DNA of 62,637 nt, the filler included, from Rhabdomonas costata (taxonomy: Eukaryota), in NCBI GenBank assembly GCA_019059605.1. It is 23 parts of 23 records of this genome, joined end to end, with 100 filler letters (N's around TTAATTAATTAA, not from the genome) between each part and the next. Parts side by side here need not be neighbours in the genome. Positions count along the whole stretch, not along the records: positions 49,113 to 51,738 come from JAHMHO010002570.1; positions 51,839 to 54,464 come from JAHMHO010002571.1; positions 54,565 to 57,187 come from JAHMHO010002572.1; positions 57,288 to 59,912 come from JAHMHO010002573.1; positions 60,013 to 62,637 come from JAHMHO010002574.1; 18 more parts are not named here. The stretch is one strand, 5' to 3'. Below, piece by piece: positions 50,401 to 62,637 of this stretch. Both the position numbers and the translations under genes were made by a program. Every line of letters begins with the position of its first letter. Position 1 is the stretch's first letter. Under the pieces are notes generated by a model. It was not told the origin of the DNA. It ran no database searches and saw only the letters and a program-made list of their open reading frames with translations.

Positions 50401-51214
50401 ATGCAGATCGCGGGTCCAGAAAATAGAAGTGCGGTGAAGACGAATGAGTTTGTGCAACGGCTCGTTTGCAGTGGGACTTATTGCTCCAGACCAGATTCGC
50501 AGATTGGGCGGTGTGTGGTACAGGCCCTCAAAGGTTGACGAAATTTGCGCTTGCCGTGATACTGGGTCGAATCTGACCCGCAGTACCAGTTACACCGCAG
50601 TTACACACCGTTACACGAAGTGGCTTGCACACCTGAGGTAAAACTCGTTGACTGTGGTGGGCCTCTACGTTTCTCAATCTGCTCGTGAAATTCCCTCGAC
50701 AAAGATCACACAGTTAAACACGACAGTGCCTAATGCGGGCGACAGCCGCCCGTTATACGCCAAACATCAAATTTGAGGGTTTTGGTCGCATCCATGCTCT
50801 ATTATTAGCCTTTCTGATTACTTCTTATATGCATTTCACAAAACTGACGACGGTTCACTCTTTAACCTTAATCACCTGGCAATGGACAGCTGGTTCTGTG
50901 GCATAAAGTGCAAAACGGGAAGAAACCACTCCACAGTGGCCACACGAGGTTCACAAATGGTGCGCCTATATATGAAAACAGGCGAAAACTGACAGCACAA
51001 GGAAACTGACAGCACAACGGGGCGGCTGCCCCTTTTGCCAAATCACTACAGTCAGTCAGTCGGTTCCAACTCCGGTGTGTGAAGTGTTCGTTGAGTGTGT
51101 ATCTGTGCAGTTGTACAGTGAAGAGCTAGATGTTGGGTGGGTGACATCAGCCCGCTCAGCATCACCAATTACAAACTATTTCCTTCAGCCCTCGGCAGGC
51201 TCACAGCCTAGCCA

Positions 51215-51656
51215 TTCACTGAAGGGAGGCAAGAGCCATCTCCCGCTCCTCCGTGAGCTCCTTTGCGGTAATTTCCATCTTGCCGCGGCTGAATTCGTCG
51301 ATGCTGAGATCCTAAAGCATGCCAGCACGAACGCGTTGGAACCATGTGTTCAAAGCGGGGGCTGAGTAGTTGAAAAATCAGCTACAACGAAGCAAGCTGA
51401 AGCTAAATGTAACCTCGACTCTCCATGTGGAACTTGGATCCATTCCAGGTGCGTATATTGTCAATGACGCGTGGCATCTGCCAACTTACCGAGGGGATTA
51501 ACCAAACATCACGTGCAAGAGTGCAAGAGGTTAAAAGTCCAGCAAACCTTCACGATCTCAATCTCGCCCTTGCCCTTGCAAACGCAAGGCACAGAGTAGA
51601 TCACCCCCTGGGGGATGCCGTACAGCGAGCCGTCGGAGTAAACTCCGCACGAGCAC
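51215..51656 (-). CDS. MDH: Malate dehydrogenase (cytosolic/type 2), last two exons
   Basis: Exons 51656-51548 (CSCGVYSDGSLYGIPQGVIYSVPCVCKGKGEIEIVK) and 51311-51215 (DLSIDEFSRGKMEITAKELTEEREMALASLQ then TGA). Confidence 0.92.
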
Positions 51657-51838
51657 CTGCAGAAAGAGCATCCAATTAACTAAAACAGAACGGCTTTCTG
51701 CTGCTATATACTCTGCCGGGGGGTGGGGACAAACAAACNNNNNNNNNNNNNNNNNNNNNNNNNNNNNNNNNNNNNNNNNNNNTTAATTAATTAANNNNNN
51801 NNNNNNNNNNNNNNNNNNNNNNNNNNNNNNNNNNNNNN

Positions 51839-53140
51839 TGGTTTTCCTTGAAGCACTCACGTGGTGGCGCTAAAAAGTGAAGCCTCCACTGACTATAGGC
51901 ACTGCAGCCGAGAGAGACCAGCGCGACAAGGCGTCCAACATTTGGTCGATGTCGGCAAGAGGCTGGAAGCAGGCCAGGCGACTGAATTGGTTGAAGGAGA
52001 TGCGAAGACCCACATTGCACAGCGTAGTAGTCCGGAGGTCGTTGGCCCATTCGCGAACCGTGTAGATCGCTTTCTGTGATCCGTTAGACCACTTTGTGAA
52101 GCCCAGCTGGTTCTAGTGGAGAAAGTCCGCAATTGCCTGATGAAGCACAAAGTTTACCCATAGCGAGTGCAGCGTCTCGAGAGCAACAGTGGGCCGGATG
52201 CCCTTGTCATTATTCCGCAGTTGTGCCAGACGGCCAGCTCTGCGGGACAGTGACCGCCAGCGACCGTTGCGATAAACTGAGTGGCCAGGCTCTCGAGCTC
52301 GTCCTGGATGTTGCCCATGGTGCTATTGGCTAGATTGTTCTTCCCTGAGCCCATACGGTCCGGGTGCGGTTCCCGGTACGAGTCGGTGTATCAGCTTGTC
52401 TGCGTCGTCCATGTGACTTCGCAGCTGACTGGTGTAGGTAGCTGTAGTGTGCTCGTCCATTTTGGGGAAGAGGTCCTGTATCTTGTCCAGATTCCTCTGG
52501 ATCTCTGGAGCAAAGCATTTTGCATCCACTACACGTACGGCTTTGATCCACCCATTGCGCTGCCTTCCTGAAAGTGGCGGCTTCATGGTGACTTCGCCAC
52601 GGGGCCGGTTGCAGGTTGCAGTTACTCCTCCACACCAGCACGGTGTTCTTGCACAGTTCGAGGATGTTCCATGCCTGCCATCAAAGAAACCGCTTGGGCA
52701 GGATGAGTTCCAGGGCGCTTGTCCCTTCATGCCATCCACGTACTGTGGCGGCGAGCAAAAGCTTCGAGATGAGGTAGATTCGACTGAGGTTGTCAGGTGG
52801 GGACACTGGTGTCGAGCAGGGGCCCGTCTCCGGGCTACAGGAAGCTGATCTGGAGCGTTTTTTTATTTGGACCCTTGATCTCAGCTGGAATGCCGGGGGT
52901 GAGCATGGAGTGGACCTCGTCCGGCTGGAATCCAGCACTACCGTGTTCCAAGTTCATAGTTTTGGGGTAGCGGTCAGCGGCAGGCGCATGCATTTGCCAT
53001 GTCCACTGAGCTAGTTTACGCAGCAGAAGTGTTGTAAGAGCTTTGAAATTTGATAGAGATTGAAGACAGTGTTTTAAGAAGCCTAAATTGGCTACATCTC
53101 CGACTGCCACAAAAGCTGGTGGATGAGGGTTCACATAAAA
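51839..53140 (-). mobile_element. Degenerate CRE/SLACS-like non-LTR retrotransposon RT region
   Basis: Across frameshifts: LVPGTAPGPYGLREE (domain 0), KGIRPTVALETLHSL, FLH*NQLGF..GSQKAIYTVREW, SFNQFSR. Confidence 0.68.
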
Positions 53141-54379
53141 TGATTACACTCAGTAATTAAACACCGGTACCCCAAAGGTCACCATATATTCCACATCATG
53201 AAGGGTTTCATGTGGGTTTGCCTTTTCAACACGCGGCAGGTACCTTTGCATTCTCTTGAACCCTCACATCCACTCATTCCACTCAATCCAGTGGTCCAGC
53301 TCAGCGTTTTGGCACCTGGTGTAGGATGCCGGGGTACCACGCCCCAAATTACCCCATGTCTGCCTCGGCGGCTCCCACTTTGCACATTCTGTACCTTTGG
53401 GTTCATCATGATGGCCTACCACACCTTGACTTCGAATCGAAGCTGGTGCGGCAATTTCGCTTTGGTGTTTAATGTTAGCGTCACAGTGAAAAACGTTTTT
53501 GGACTCCTTTTGTCTTTAATTACTATCTCTGTCTTTGTTTAAGTTCTATGAGTTGTGTCTCTGCGTCTAGGATTTTGGTCTCTAGGCTGAGGTTGGGAAT
53601 CGGCATTCTGGGATCAGTCTTTGCTTTAGGTCTTCCCTTTCCCTCTTGGGGGGTTGTGTTTCGGATTCGCTAATGTCCATCGGGACATCACAGGAGGAAT
53701 ATTACACAAGTGGAGGTTACAACCGGAGTGTGCGATCAAGCACCGCGTGGTGGTTTATCAGACAAGTATTGATGACAGCGGGTGCGCCTGGCAGCTATCA
53801 AGGGAAGTTGCACATAACTCACACACGAACACAATGCTCACGAGGCCAGTAACCCATGAGTGCATGAAGCGAAGTTGATCTGAGGCGTACAATCTACATT
53901 GTAATCAGGTACGCCTGGCAATACGTGTTGAGATGACCACAAGTACGCGTCGGAGCAGCAGTGAGATACATGGTGTATTTGTGCTTCAGACGAAAGACCT
54001 ATGGGGTAAACCAGCCTCATTATGAGGTAAGGCTTAAGGTAACAGGTGATGCAAAGTCACTCAAACCATACAGCTGAACCCGATCATCGCGGGAGAGGTG
54101 AGCCAGCTGACTAACCACGCGTAGTGGAAATGGTTTCTGGTCTCTCAGAGTCTGGCGCTCTACCCTCATCTCACATGAACCTGATTTCAGGACTCATGTG
54201 TGGAGTAGAACCATGAATATGCATGTTACAACTCACCAAGAGAAACCAACGTTCAGTAGTAGTGGCCATTGTGCACAGCAGATGGTACCGTACCACAGGT
54301 GTAACTATGAGCTATACCTACCACACACCATCCATAGAGTGGTGGCTGTACCTGAAGCGAAGGATACAGTACGCACATA

Positions 54380-54464
54380 GATGTAAATGGATATAATGCG
54401 TTTGGTTTTGTGTGGATCCCAGAAGTATGTCTGTTTGCGAACCCGCCGTGGAGCATTATAGCTC
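54380..54464 (+). pseudogene. Second fragment of the retroelement adenine MTase
   Basis: NGYNAFGFVWIPEVCLFANPPWSIIA, homologous to 44953-45028; cut by the contig end. Confidence 0.8.
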
Positions 54465-54571
54465 NNNNNNNNNNNNNNNNNNNNNNNNNNNNNNNNNNNN
54501 NNNNNNNNTTAATTAATTAANNNNNNNNNNNNNNNNNNNNNNNNNNNNNNNNNNNNNNNNNNNNTTTTTGT

Positions 54572-54670
54572 TGGTCACAAGCCAGAATACTTTCACTGTG
54601 TTGACAATTTCCACATGATGGCCTCTTTAAAAAAATGTCAACACAGTGAAAGTATTCTGGCTTGTGACCA
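54572..54670. repeat. 35-bp perfect inverted repeat
   Basis: tggtcacaagccagaatactttcactgtgttgaca ... tgtcaacacagtgaaagtattctggcttgtgacca, at contig start. Confidence 0.92.
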
Positions 54671-57287
54671 TCGAAAATAAAACTAACATATGGGGTGGAA
54701 CGTACCTGCTAAATAGGTGCAGGATCACCTATTGCAATCCGAAAAAACTTTTAGCCAACAAGGTTCAGTCGAACTAAAATCCAAGTCAGTTACACAATAA
54801 ATGGATCCCTTTTTTCCTCACGTAGGATCCTATCCTAAGATACCTATTGATTTTACTACAGCTTGAATCCTAACTAGCAGCATTAGTGTATCATCCCTAC
54901 TGTTACCATGATATTCTAACTAGAACGCAGAGCCTCAACGTCATGAGCGCTAAAGTTACATAAGTGTGTGCGCAATATGGCAATAACCGCGCGTTAAAAT
55001 TGTCACAAATGGCGATTCTTAATAGTTCATGAGAAGAAAAAATAATACGACAAATCTAGATTTGAAATTCCGTTTATCTGACACTAATGCACAGGTGGAG
55101 ACCCACTCTCCACGGGTCAATGCTGGTTTTATAGGAGACTGGCGGCGCATTTTGGAATAATTGACTAATTGGGAAATTGGGTGCGCATGTGCGTTGTCGG
55201 GAAACTCCAGAGGTTTATTTTTTGGGGCAAATAGGTCGCGTAAAGCAAAATAGTGGTTTTTAGCGGGTAATGGCCCAAAGTGATGAACTGCGCTCTTACA
55301 AAGAGGCAAGCGGTGGCCATTTTTTTTTAAGTTTTCAGCGCAAAAAAAACACGTTTTGTCACAATAAGTTCTGCATCATGAGTTGTAAATTGCGCACCCC
55401 AAGTTTTTTAGACATAAATCTTGTGTGTACTGGTTTGAAAGTGTCAAACTAAGTGGATTGTAATCATTTATTATCTTATGCTGTATAGAGTGGTACAGTG
55501 CTTTGATCACTTCCACTATTACAGCATGGTAGTACTGCACGTGGATAAAAACTTAGGTCTCAATTACAAAACCTAACGCTTTTTGATGATTCCCATTATC
55601 AGTTGCTCTGTATACACAATCACTATCTGTGCTAAAATGTCCAACTTGTTGCTCTAGTACTACCGCTTGACCTCCAACGTTGCCGATTATGTATGCCCTA
55701 AAATGAGCCACATATTTGTGTTTAAGATGTTTTGTAAATATTTCAAAATTTATGACAAAATATTCACTCTTGCTTTTTCTGAAGTTAGATATTGTTTGCC
55801 ACGTTGTTAGGTAGTGTTTACTATGAGTCTTTTCTATACATGGTTATTAGTTTATGTTTCACAAAATGGCCTATTTTGCCACTGCTCATAATTCTTATAT
55901 CAAGTTGTATCTGCATCTGAGAAATTATTTAAAGGCTATTAATAGCCTATCTTATTGCATACATCAATCCACATAAACACGATGCAATGCCTGATTCATA
56001 TCTACAAGCAATGAAACCACACACAGTTTGAAATATGTGCGCGTTACTCCGATACCACCGCCTTGCTCAAACAACTGCCGTCTGCGGTACAGCAAATCAA
56101 GGCCTCCCAGAAAATCTACAAAAATCTCTAGATCAAAGACACCTGTAGTCTCAGGCGCTATATTCCCAGATTGCAGCGCCCAAAAACAACCGAGAGGCCA
56201 AATTCTCAGCTCTAAGTCTCATTCTCGCTCCACAAACTTCGCCAAATCGCTTTAAAACAATGGTCCATACTGATCCTTTTCAACCAGGACAAACTGTAAG
56301 CCAACGTCTTGCTCTTGGGGCAAACGATCATCGCAAGGAAATTGACGGGTCTATCCTGCAGTTTGCCCACAGCAAGACCGCAGGCAGCATCTCCAAAGCC
56401 TGTGAACGCCCACACTCTACATCTTCCACTACCACGAAAACGCCAAAGAATACCTCTTCCACCACAGTTTGCGCAGTTTACATTTTAAAAATCGAATCAT
56501 TATTTCCACATGATGTGCCATCATCCTGGATTGATCATCAGCAGACAGACAGCGTGTTTTTTTGGCGCTTTGTGCGGCTCTTTTGGGTATTTCAAACGTT
56601 TGTGTTGCTGGTGACAATTCGGCGTACAATTCATTGCGAACGTGAAAAGCCTCAGGACATGTGTGGCAGCGTGTGCGTATTCTTCGCTGCATTAACCGGA
56701 CCTAACTCAAGCACTGCCTCCAAGTGCAGCTTGCTCTTACCCCCTAAGCATACAACCACGCAGACCATTTCTCCAGCTATTTCCATCCACTCATCACCCC
56801 CTACACGCGTTTCACATTCTCTCCTCACCTACTACTACTACCCATTACCTCCATCAAAATGTTATGTTGGTTCAATCACCTTAAATATATGTAGCTTGTA
56901 ACTCCTTCGGTTTTCGCCCATCTATGCAAATGTCTTCAGTGAAATTATATGTTTGTTGGCCGCTTTGTTGCTAACATTACTACAATGAACAAACGAACAG
57001 CCGTTATCAAGGTCGTCGACAGCAAAGTGAACATACAGAGGCAGACATTGGAGAAAACTACAGCTTGGGAGCAAGCCCATAACAAAATCCACACACAAAC
57101 AGACCCAGGGCAAAGAAAAGCAAAACAAACAAAAAAACAGGAGGCGGGAAGGCAATGGGGACAGGGAATGCTTTTTCTGGGAGAATGNNNNNNNNNNNNN
57201 NNNNNNNNNNNNNNNNNNNNNNNNNNNNNNNTTAATTAATTAANNNNNNNNNNNNNNNNNNNNNNNNNNNNNNNNNNNNNNNNNNNN

Positions 57288-58684
57288 GGGGGGGTGGAGG
57301 GCGTGCCCCGGTTCGAGTGCGTGTTCCCGACCCCGACGACAGAGGGAAGCTATGCGGCGCTGTATGAGACCCCTCGTTGGAACAACGCCCTGCTTTGTCG
57401 GTGGGAGCAGGTCTGCCTCCCTCCCCCCGCCGCTTTAGCGGTCTCCTTCTGCAACGGTTCACCGCCTTTGGCCGCTCCCTCGGCTTCACCGTCAACCTTT
57501 CCTCCCCACGCGTTAGCTATTTGTACCAGTCACGGGCACTGGGTGGGGGCTGGGGCAGGTTCGGCCAAGCCGCTGCATTAGTGTACTCCGACTTCCTCTC
57601 CCTCGTTCGTTTCCTCTGGTTGCTGGCTGCCACACTTCGTGATATTGCTATGTAATTTGTAGCGATTTGGAGATAGACGGCGGTGTCGTTCGCAGAGAGA
57701 GGTTCTTTTCTTTCGTTTCGAGGCTTTAACTGCACAACAAAGCAACTTTCGATATGGATTTCGTATGTTCCAGCCGGAACAAAGGAGAGAACACGCCATT
57801 TGACACAGCGAGCCTGCGATCAGGCAAGAAGCTTGTCCTCCTTCCAAACGACCCCACCTTTTTACTTTGCTAAACCTCACCTGTAGCCATACCTTTTTCT
57901 GTGACGGTTGCGCTTTCGTCTCACCCAAAACCGAGAGCAAAAGGGGACTTCCATACCGTCGTTCTCCTCCTATCCCCCCCCCCCCCGACGACCACTCTCG
58001 GAAAAGGTTGGAGGGAACCTTTTTTCTTTGCGCAGCCAACCTCACTTGAAGCTTCTGCATCAATGACCAAAGTATTTTCCGAGATAGCCTGGAGGTCATG
58101 TTCCCGAGAGGAGGGGCTTGAGATCGGCTTGTAACCCATGCATTGTCTCAACCCCCTGCAAATGGATTATGTATGGAGGCTAGATACAGTGCTTGAATTT
58201 GATTGCACCATCGTGGACCTTGGAAGGCGTGCGTGTGCGCATATATGTGTGCATGCGTGGACGATGGCACATCCTTCGCCCCAGACTTGCATGCCCACCA
58301 CAGCTAACGGCAGATTGGAATCTAACGAAACTGGGAAGTTTGGACCGCACGTAAGTAGAAAGACCACAATGCCATTACCGCCGTGCCTCGTGCCAGGTGG
58401 ATGACATACATGTTGCTTGTTTTTGGTGGTTGTGGTGGGGGCAGGCAAAGCCCAAGCCCGCGACTCCTACGAAGGCGTCCCCAGCAGCGGGGGCCTCACG
58501 CCTGTCCTCGCCCCCAAAGACCTCCCCTGTAACGGGGGTCTCCTCTCGGCTGTATTCTCCACCCAAGCCATCACCCAAGGCCACCCCCACGGTGTCCTCG
58601 CGGCTGTACTCTCCCCCCAAGCCGACTCCCAAGGCCTCAGCCTCCACCTCCACCGCTAAGAAACCCGCTCCCAAGAAGAAGTAA
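57288..58684 (+). CDS. C-terminal exons of an unknown protein with a basic Pro/Ser-rich tail
   Basis: Exon 57288-57410 (FECVFPTPTTEGSYAALYETPRWNNALLCRWEQ|gtctgc) and last exon 58445-58684 with SSRLYSPPK repeats, ending KKK then TAA. Middle exons uncertain. Confidence 0.6.
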
Positions 58685-60012
58685 AGAACGGATATCGTGC
58701 CGGGCAGCGGCTCTTCCAGCATTTGCTTCCACCATGTTGCTTGCCCCTTGCTTTTGTGCTGTGCAGCTCTCACGTGCTTGGGGTTCCAGGTTGCTGGTCT
58801 CATTGCTATTCTCCCTGGGTGAGCTGGGGGTGGTGGGCTGTTGCTTTTGTATTGCTGTGCAGTTCTTGAAGCGCTTCCCAAAGCCGACCCTCATCCGTTT
58901 TTACGCCACATCACAGCAAACATGTGTCAATTGCTGACATAGTGATGACATAGGATGAGATCGGAGAATAAAGGCGGCATTCCCCACAATCGCCAGCGCA
59001 GTGCACACTCTGCACACATACGTACATTGTTTGACTCAACGTTATTCGCAAAGGAAAGTAGCCCCATAACAATGGCCAACACCGCTGCTGTGTCAGTGTA
59101 ACACTGAGAGGACTCAGTGCTCGTTGCTCACAATTGGGGGAAGTGACAGTGCCCATCTCAGAAAGTTACATATCCGGTCGGGCCTGCTTTCCTTTGAGTC
59201 TTCCCAGCACTGTGATTTATTATGCGGTTGAACCACTTCCCTGCGCTATCCACTTCCAGTCGCTACAGTGGCGCTGCCGTATGGTAAAAAAAAGGTCATT
59301 GGTAATGTTAAGGAACTTGTGTTGGGGTTATGAATCTATCCGTGTTAAGGTAAGAAGAAGGCGTTCTCCCGCGTTTCCCACTGAACGGAACTTTGCTCAT
59401 CTGCTCATGTTAAGTAAATGTATGAATGAGGGACGGCCTTGGAAGTTGTCCTTTGATCGAATACCCCTTTCCTGCTTTTCGCCCCACCGCTTTCCCACTC
59501 CTTCTTCCCCACCATGCGCTCTGCTGTCCTCGATCGGTAGTTGTAGTTTAGTGGCTGTATAATGTTTTTTGTGGTTTGTGGAGGCCGGCCATCCCCGGCT
59601 GTGCTGCATCTTTTTGTGGACCCAATTATGTGCTAGCCAGTCCGTTCTGAGCTGGAAGCTTGGCAACGACCAAGGGTGAATGGTGGGATGTCTGGATTTA
59701 GGAGGGTTTTTGGCGTATCTCGTGGAACGTATTGCCCACTGAAAAAGTGAGAGTTTCCGGGATGTACTCTAAAGGAGACGTTTATACCTTATACGTGATA
59801 TTTCCCAGTAAAAAGGATAACCTGTGGAATTTCTGTTGAAATTGCTGCATTTGAATAGCATGGCTGTCAGTTAGAGGTGTCCGCGCAACAACAAACCAAC
59901 CACACCCAACACNNNNNNNNNNNNNNNNNNNNNNNNNNNNNNNNNNNNNNNNNNNNTTAATTAATTAANNNNNNNNNNNNNNNNNNNNNNNNNNNNNNNN
60001 NNNNNNNNNNNN

Positions 60013-60918
60013 TGAAGGGCCTGGGAGCGCGCTAGGAATCTGGCCCGCAGCTCTTCCACAAGGAGAGCGAGACCTGCCCACTCGTCGTGGGTGCGGGGAC
60101 GGTCCCAGTTCAGCTCGACCCCGTCCAGGTTGTTGTCGAGCACAAACGTGGCTGTTTATGGGAGGGGAGAGGGAAGGCAAAAGGCACATAGATGGTTCAT
60201 ATTGAATATAGGTCTGCTAGTGTGTGCGATGAGTCCCTTGCCAGACATGGGTCTGCACAGCGTAGACACAAATGCTTTGCCAACTGATAGCGAATACTAT
60301 GCCGACTGATCAGCAACAGCTTTGATATAGAGTTCTGGCCCGAATGAGTATCACAACCCAGTTTTTGCAGAGCGAGGTTTCAAGCGCCGTCCCCCCTCAC
60401 ACATGGCTCCTTTGGTTCGGATGTGCCCCAAATATTCCTGAATCCTCCCCCAGTGGCGATGAGCGAAGGTATGCCTCCGGTCACACCCTGCGTCCACCTA
60501 ATCCCATGCGGCCAAGCGGTATGTACTCCACGTCCCGATACGTACTTAGTTCTTCCACGAGCTTGTGCCGCGCCGACATCGACTGCACAACCTCAGCAAA
60601 GCCTCCCGGAAGCCGCCTCTGGCCGACACACATCAGCAGCCTCGTGCCCGTTCTCCGCGTGGCCTCTCTTATCAAGCTGAGCTCTGGGCCTCTGGTGAAC
60701 CGATCCATCCCACCCAGGCGCCCCTCCGGGCTCACCTGTAGCCCCTGCAGCAGAAGGTGGGTCAGGTGCGGGGCTGCTTCGGCCCAGGTCCCAGGCTCCC
60801 ACCCAAAGTTCTCCTCCGGAAGGTACGCCATCTTCGAGAACCGGGGCAGCAGGGCCCCGGCCGCGGGATCGGGCAGGGGTGCAAGGAGCAGTAGAAGGAG
60901 GAGGCCCTTCAGTGTCAT
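60013..60918 (-). CDS. GH18 chitinase-like protein (signal peptide, degenerate catalytic motif), 5' part
   Basis: Exons 60918-60546 and 60151-60013: MTLKGLLLLLLLAPLP signal, AYLPE, LTHLLL, RLLMCVG, FVLDNNLDGVELNWDRP. Confidence 0.85.
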
Positions 60919-61566
60919 GGAGACGGCTGTGGGGACCATCGCGAGTGTCACAGTGATTGCTATGGAACGCTTAGAAGTGGGGATGTAATAACTGGGAAGG
61001 AGGACAAGCACGAGGCACATCGGACTTCGCTGAAGTAAATAAGCTTCATCCCGAAACTCAGAATTAAGTATGCTAAGTGTTTCCAAGTTCTCTTGGGAAC
61101 GCTGCAAAATGCTGCTACGCTGGCACCAATGAATGTGATGTGTTTCAAACGTTTTCGTGATGCTGAGGCTAAAAAGCATATGTTCTGAGTTTACGGTGCA
61201 AGGATGTATAGGAAGGGATCGTTTCAGGTTCACTGGGACAGTGAAATTCTTTCCAAATTCAGGGATTCCACGAGGTGATGAAGCGCTAAATTTAGTAAAA
61301 TAATCACCCAAATACCGCATAGGTGTCCTTGTCCCCACTGTGCTCACCATTGCGCCGCGCGAAGCCCAAGTTCAAGGCCCACTGGTGCCACTCAGGATTA
61401 ACAGATGCATTGGGCTGTTCAAACGTGGGCTTGTTTGAGGACCGCCACGGGCTGCGGACAGCCCCAATGATAGAGGTCGATAAAGTTACATCACCTCATC
61501 AACGCTCTTGCTCCATACGCAAAGGGCACTGGTATCTGGTGGGATGTGCAAACGTGTCAGCACTGG

Positions 61567-62637
61567 TCACAACTCCCCCAGATGCTTCCCCTCTTCCGCT
61601 TCGGCGCCATCGCCGATGTCGCCGCCCAGCGACGTCTCCGTAGCAGCAGCCGGGCGCAGCGAGATGCCCATTTGGTGCAAGGTCTCAGAGATTCCCGCGA
61701 GGAGGGAGCTGGGGTGAAGCGGGGCCACGTCCTGGCCCACCTCCCACACCATCACCCCTCCCAGGCCACTGTGGTGGGCGAGCTGCACCTTCTGCTGGAT
61801 CAGCGCCCGCCCGTTGAAGAACAGCGAACCCTGGCCCAAGTCCACCTCGTTGAGGTCGAAAGACAAGTCAGGTAATCTGCAGGGAGACAGAGATATGAGA
61901 CCTGGGGCCTGCGCAATCAACTGGATTGCACCCACCCTGCTGTCTGGGTGTGCAGCTCCAGGGTACCTGTCATGGCAGCTGTGAGGCCAACAAAGCTCAT
62001 GACCAATTGATCGTCCGATCCAGAACGCACCCAAGCCACACTTTTCTGGTCCCAACATGTCATTTGAAGGTCCTACATTCTCTCTCTTTTTTTAAAGCCA
62101 CAATTTGAACGGGAGGGAGGGGGGTTGAAGAATGGAAAAATTGCAAACCATCCACGTGTACGAACTGTTCACACATTTGAAGCAACATCGTTTACTGTTC
62201 CTATACCCTCACGTTTGCATTTTCGGCGAAATGCGATATCCAGATGTTCTCCGATGTGTGGGTGAGCGTGGATCGCACTCTTTAGCACAAGAGAGACCCG
62301 GTGAGGTACCCACCTCAGTTCCAGTGTCAGAAGAGTTACTGCCCCAGCTCTGTCGCAGAGAGAGAGGGGGGGGGAGACTTGGATATGATCTCCTCGTAGG
62401 TCTTCCAGTCGCCGTCCCGCACGCGGCGGGCGTAGAAGGGCAGCCCCAGCGCGACCTTACTCAGCGGAAGTCCAGCGTTCCGTGCCAGCCGCACAGCCTC
62501 TTCGGAGTGTGCCATTGTGGAGTGCCGCCCGCGGTGGTCATACGCCATCGCCAGGAAAAGGTCCACGTTCTGCAGCGCCTCCTCAGAGGAGGCCAGCAGG
62601 CGCTCCTGCTGCCCGTCTGGGCACCCCCACACGACAA
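61567..62637 (-). CDS. GH18 chitinase-family protein, 3' part
   Basis: Exons ~62632-62379 and 61876-61567: VDLFLAMAYD, GLPLSKVALGLPFYAR, FFNGRALIQQKV..GLGGVMVWEVGQD, ends HLGEL then TGA. Confidence 0.92.

Noticed and set aside
56200-56500. Possible retroelement C-terminal remnant (SLHKLRQIALKQWSIL) and the 213-aa ORF at 56260
   Set aside because: Similarity too weak; no splice or codon support.
60013-62637. Scrambled exon order of a single GH18 gene
   Set aside because: Two tandem paralogs, each truncated by a contig end, is simpler: a stop codon precedes a new ATG and signal peptide.

Overview
This window is not one locus. It is 23 unrelated contigs of about 2.62-2.63 kb, roughly length-sorted, joined by an artificial 100-nt spacer (N44-TTAATTAATTAA-N44), so no gene neighbourhood can be inferred across spacers. 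The DNA is from an intron-rich eukaryote. Splice donors lacking the usual +4 A (GT-N-Y), several GC-AG introns, and AG acceptors just upstream of start codons suggest a euglenozoan, probably a euglenid (inference). Gene fragments I spliced by hand: DRG2 GTPase, RPB6-like, ABCB/MDR transporter, axonemal dynein heavy chain, mitochondrial carrier, TDY-type MAP kinase, an FHA-SHOCT-(sulfotransferase-like) protein, DAG lipase, ZNF706-like, NCAPG2, malate dehydrogenase and two tandem GH18 genes. Mobile DNA, all degenerate: a Ty3/Gypsy LTR element with an N6-adenine DNA methyltransferase after its integrase (second MTase fragment in another contig), a Penelope-like family in two contigs, and a CRE/SLACS-like non-LTR family in two contigs. 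The best leads are (1) the Gypsy-borne adenine MTase and (2) repeated in-frame TAG codons in exon-like sequence. The second could be UAG recoding, but C-to-T nonsense decay or TAG splice acceptors explain it at least as well. Family assignments come from recalled motifs; no searches were run.
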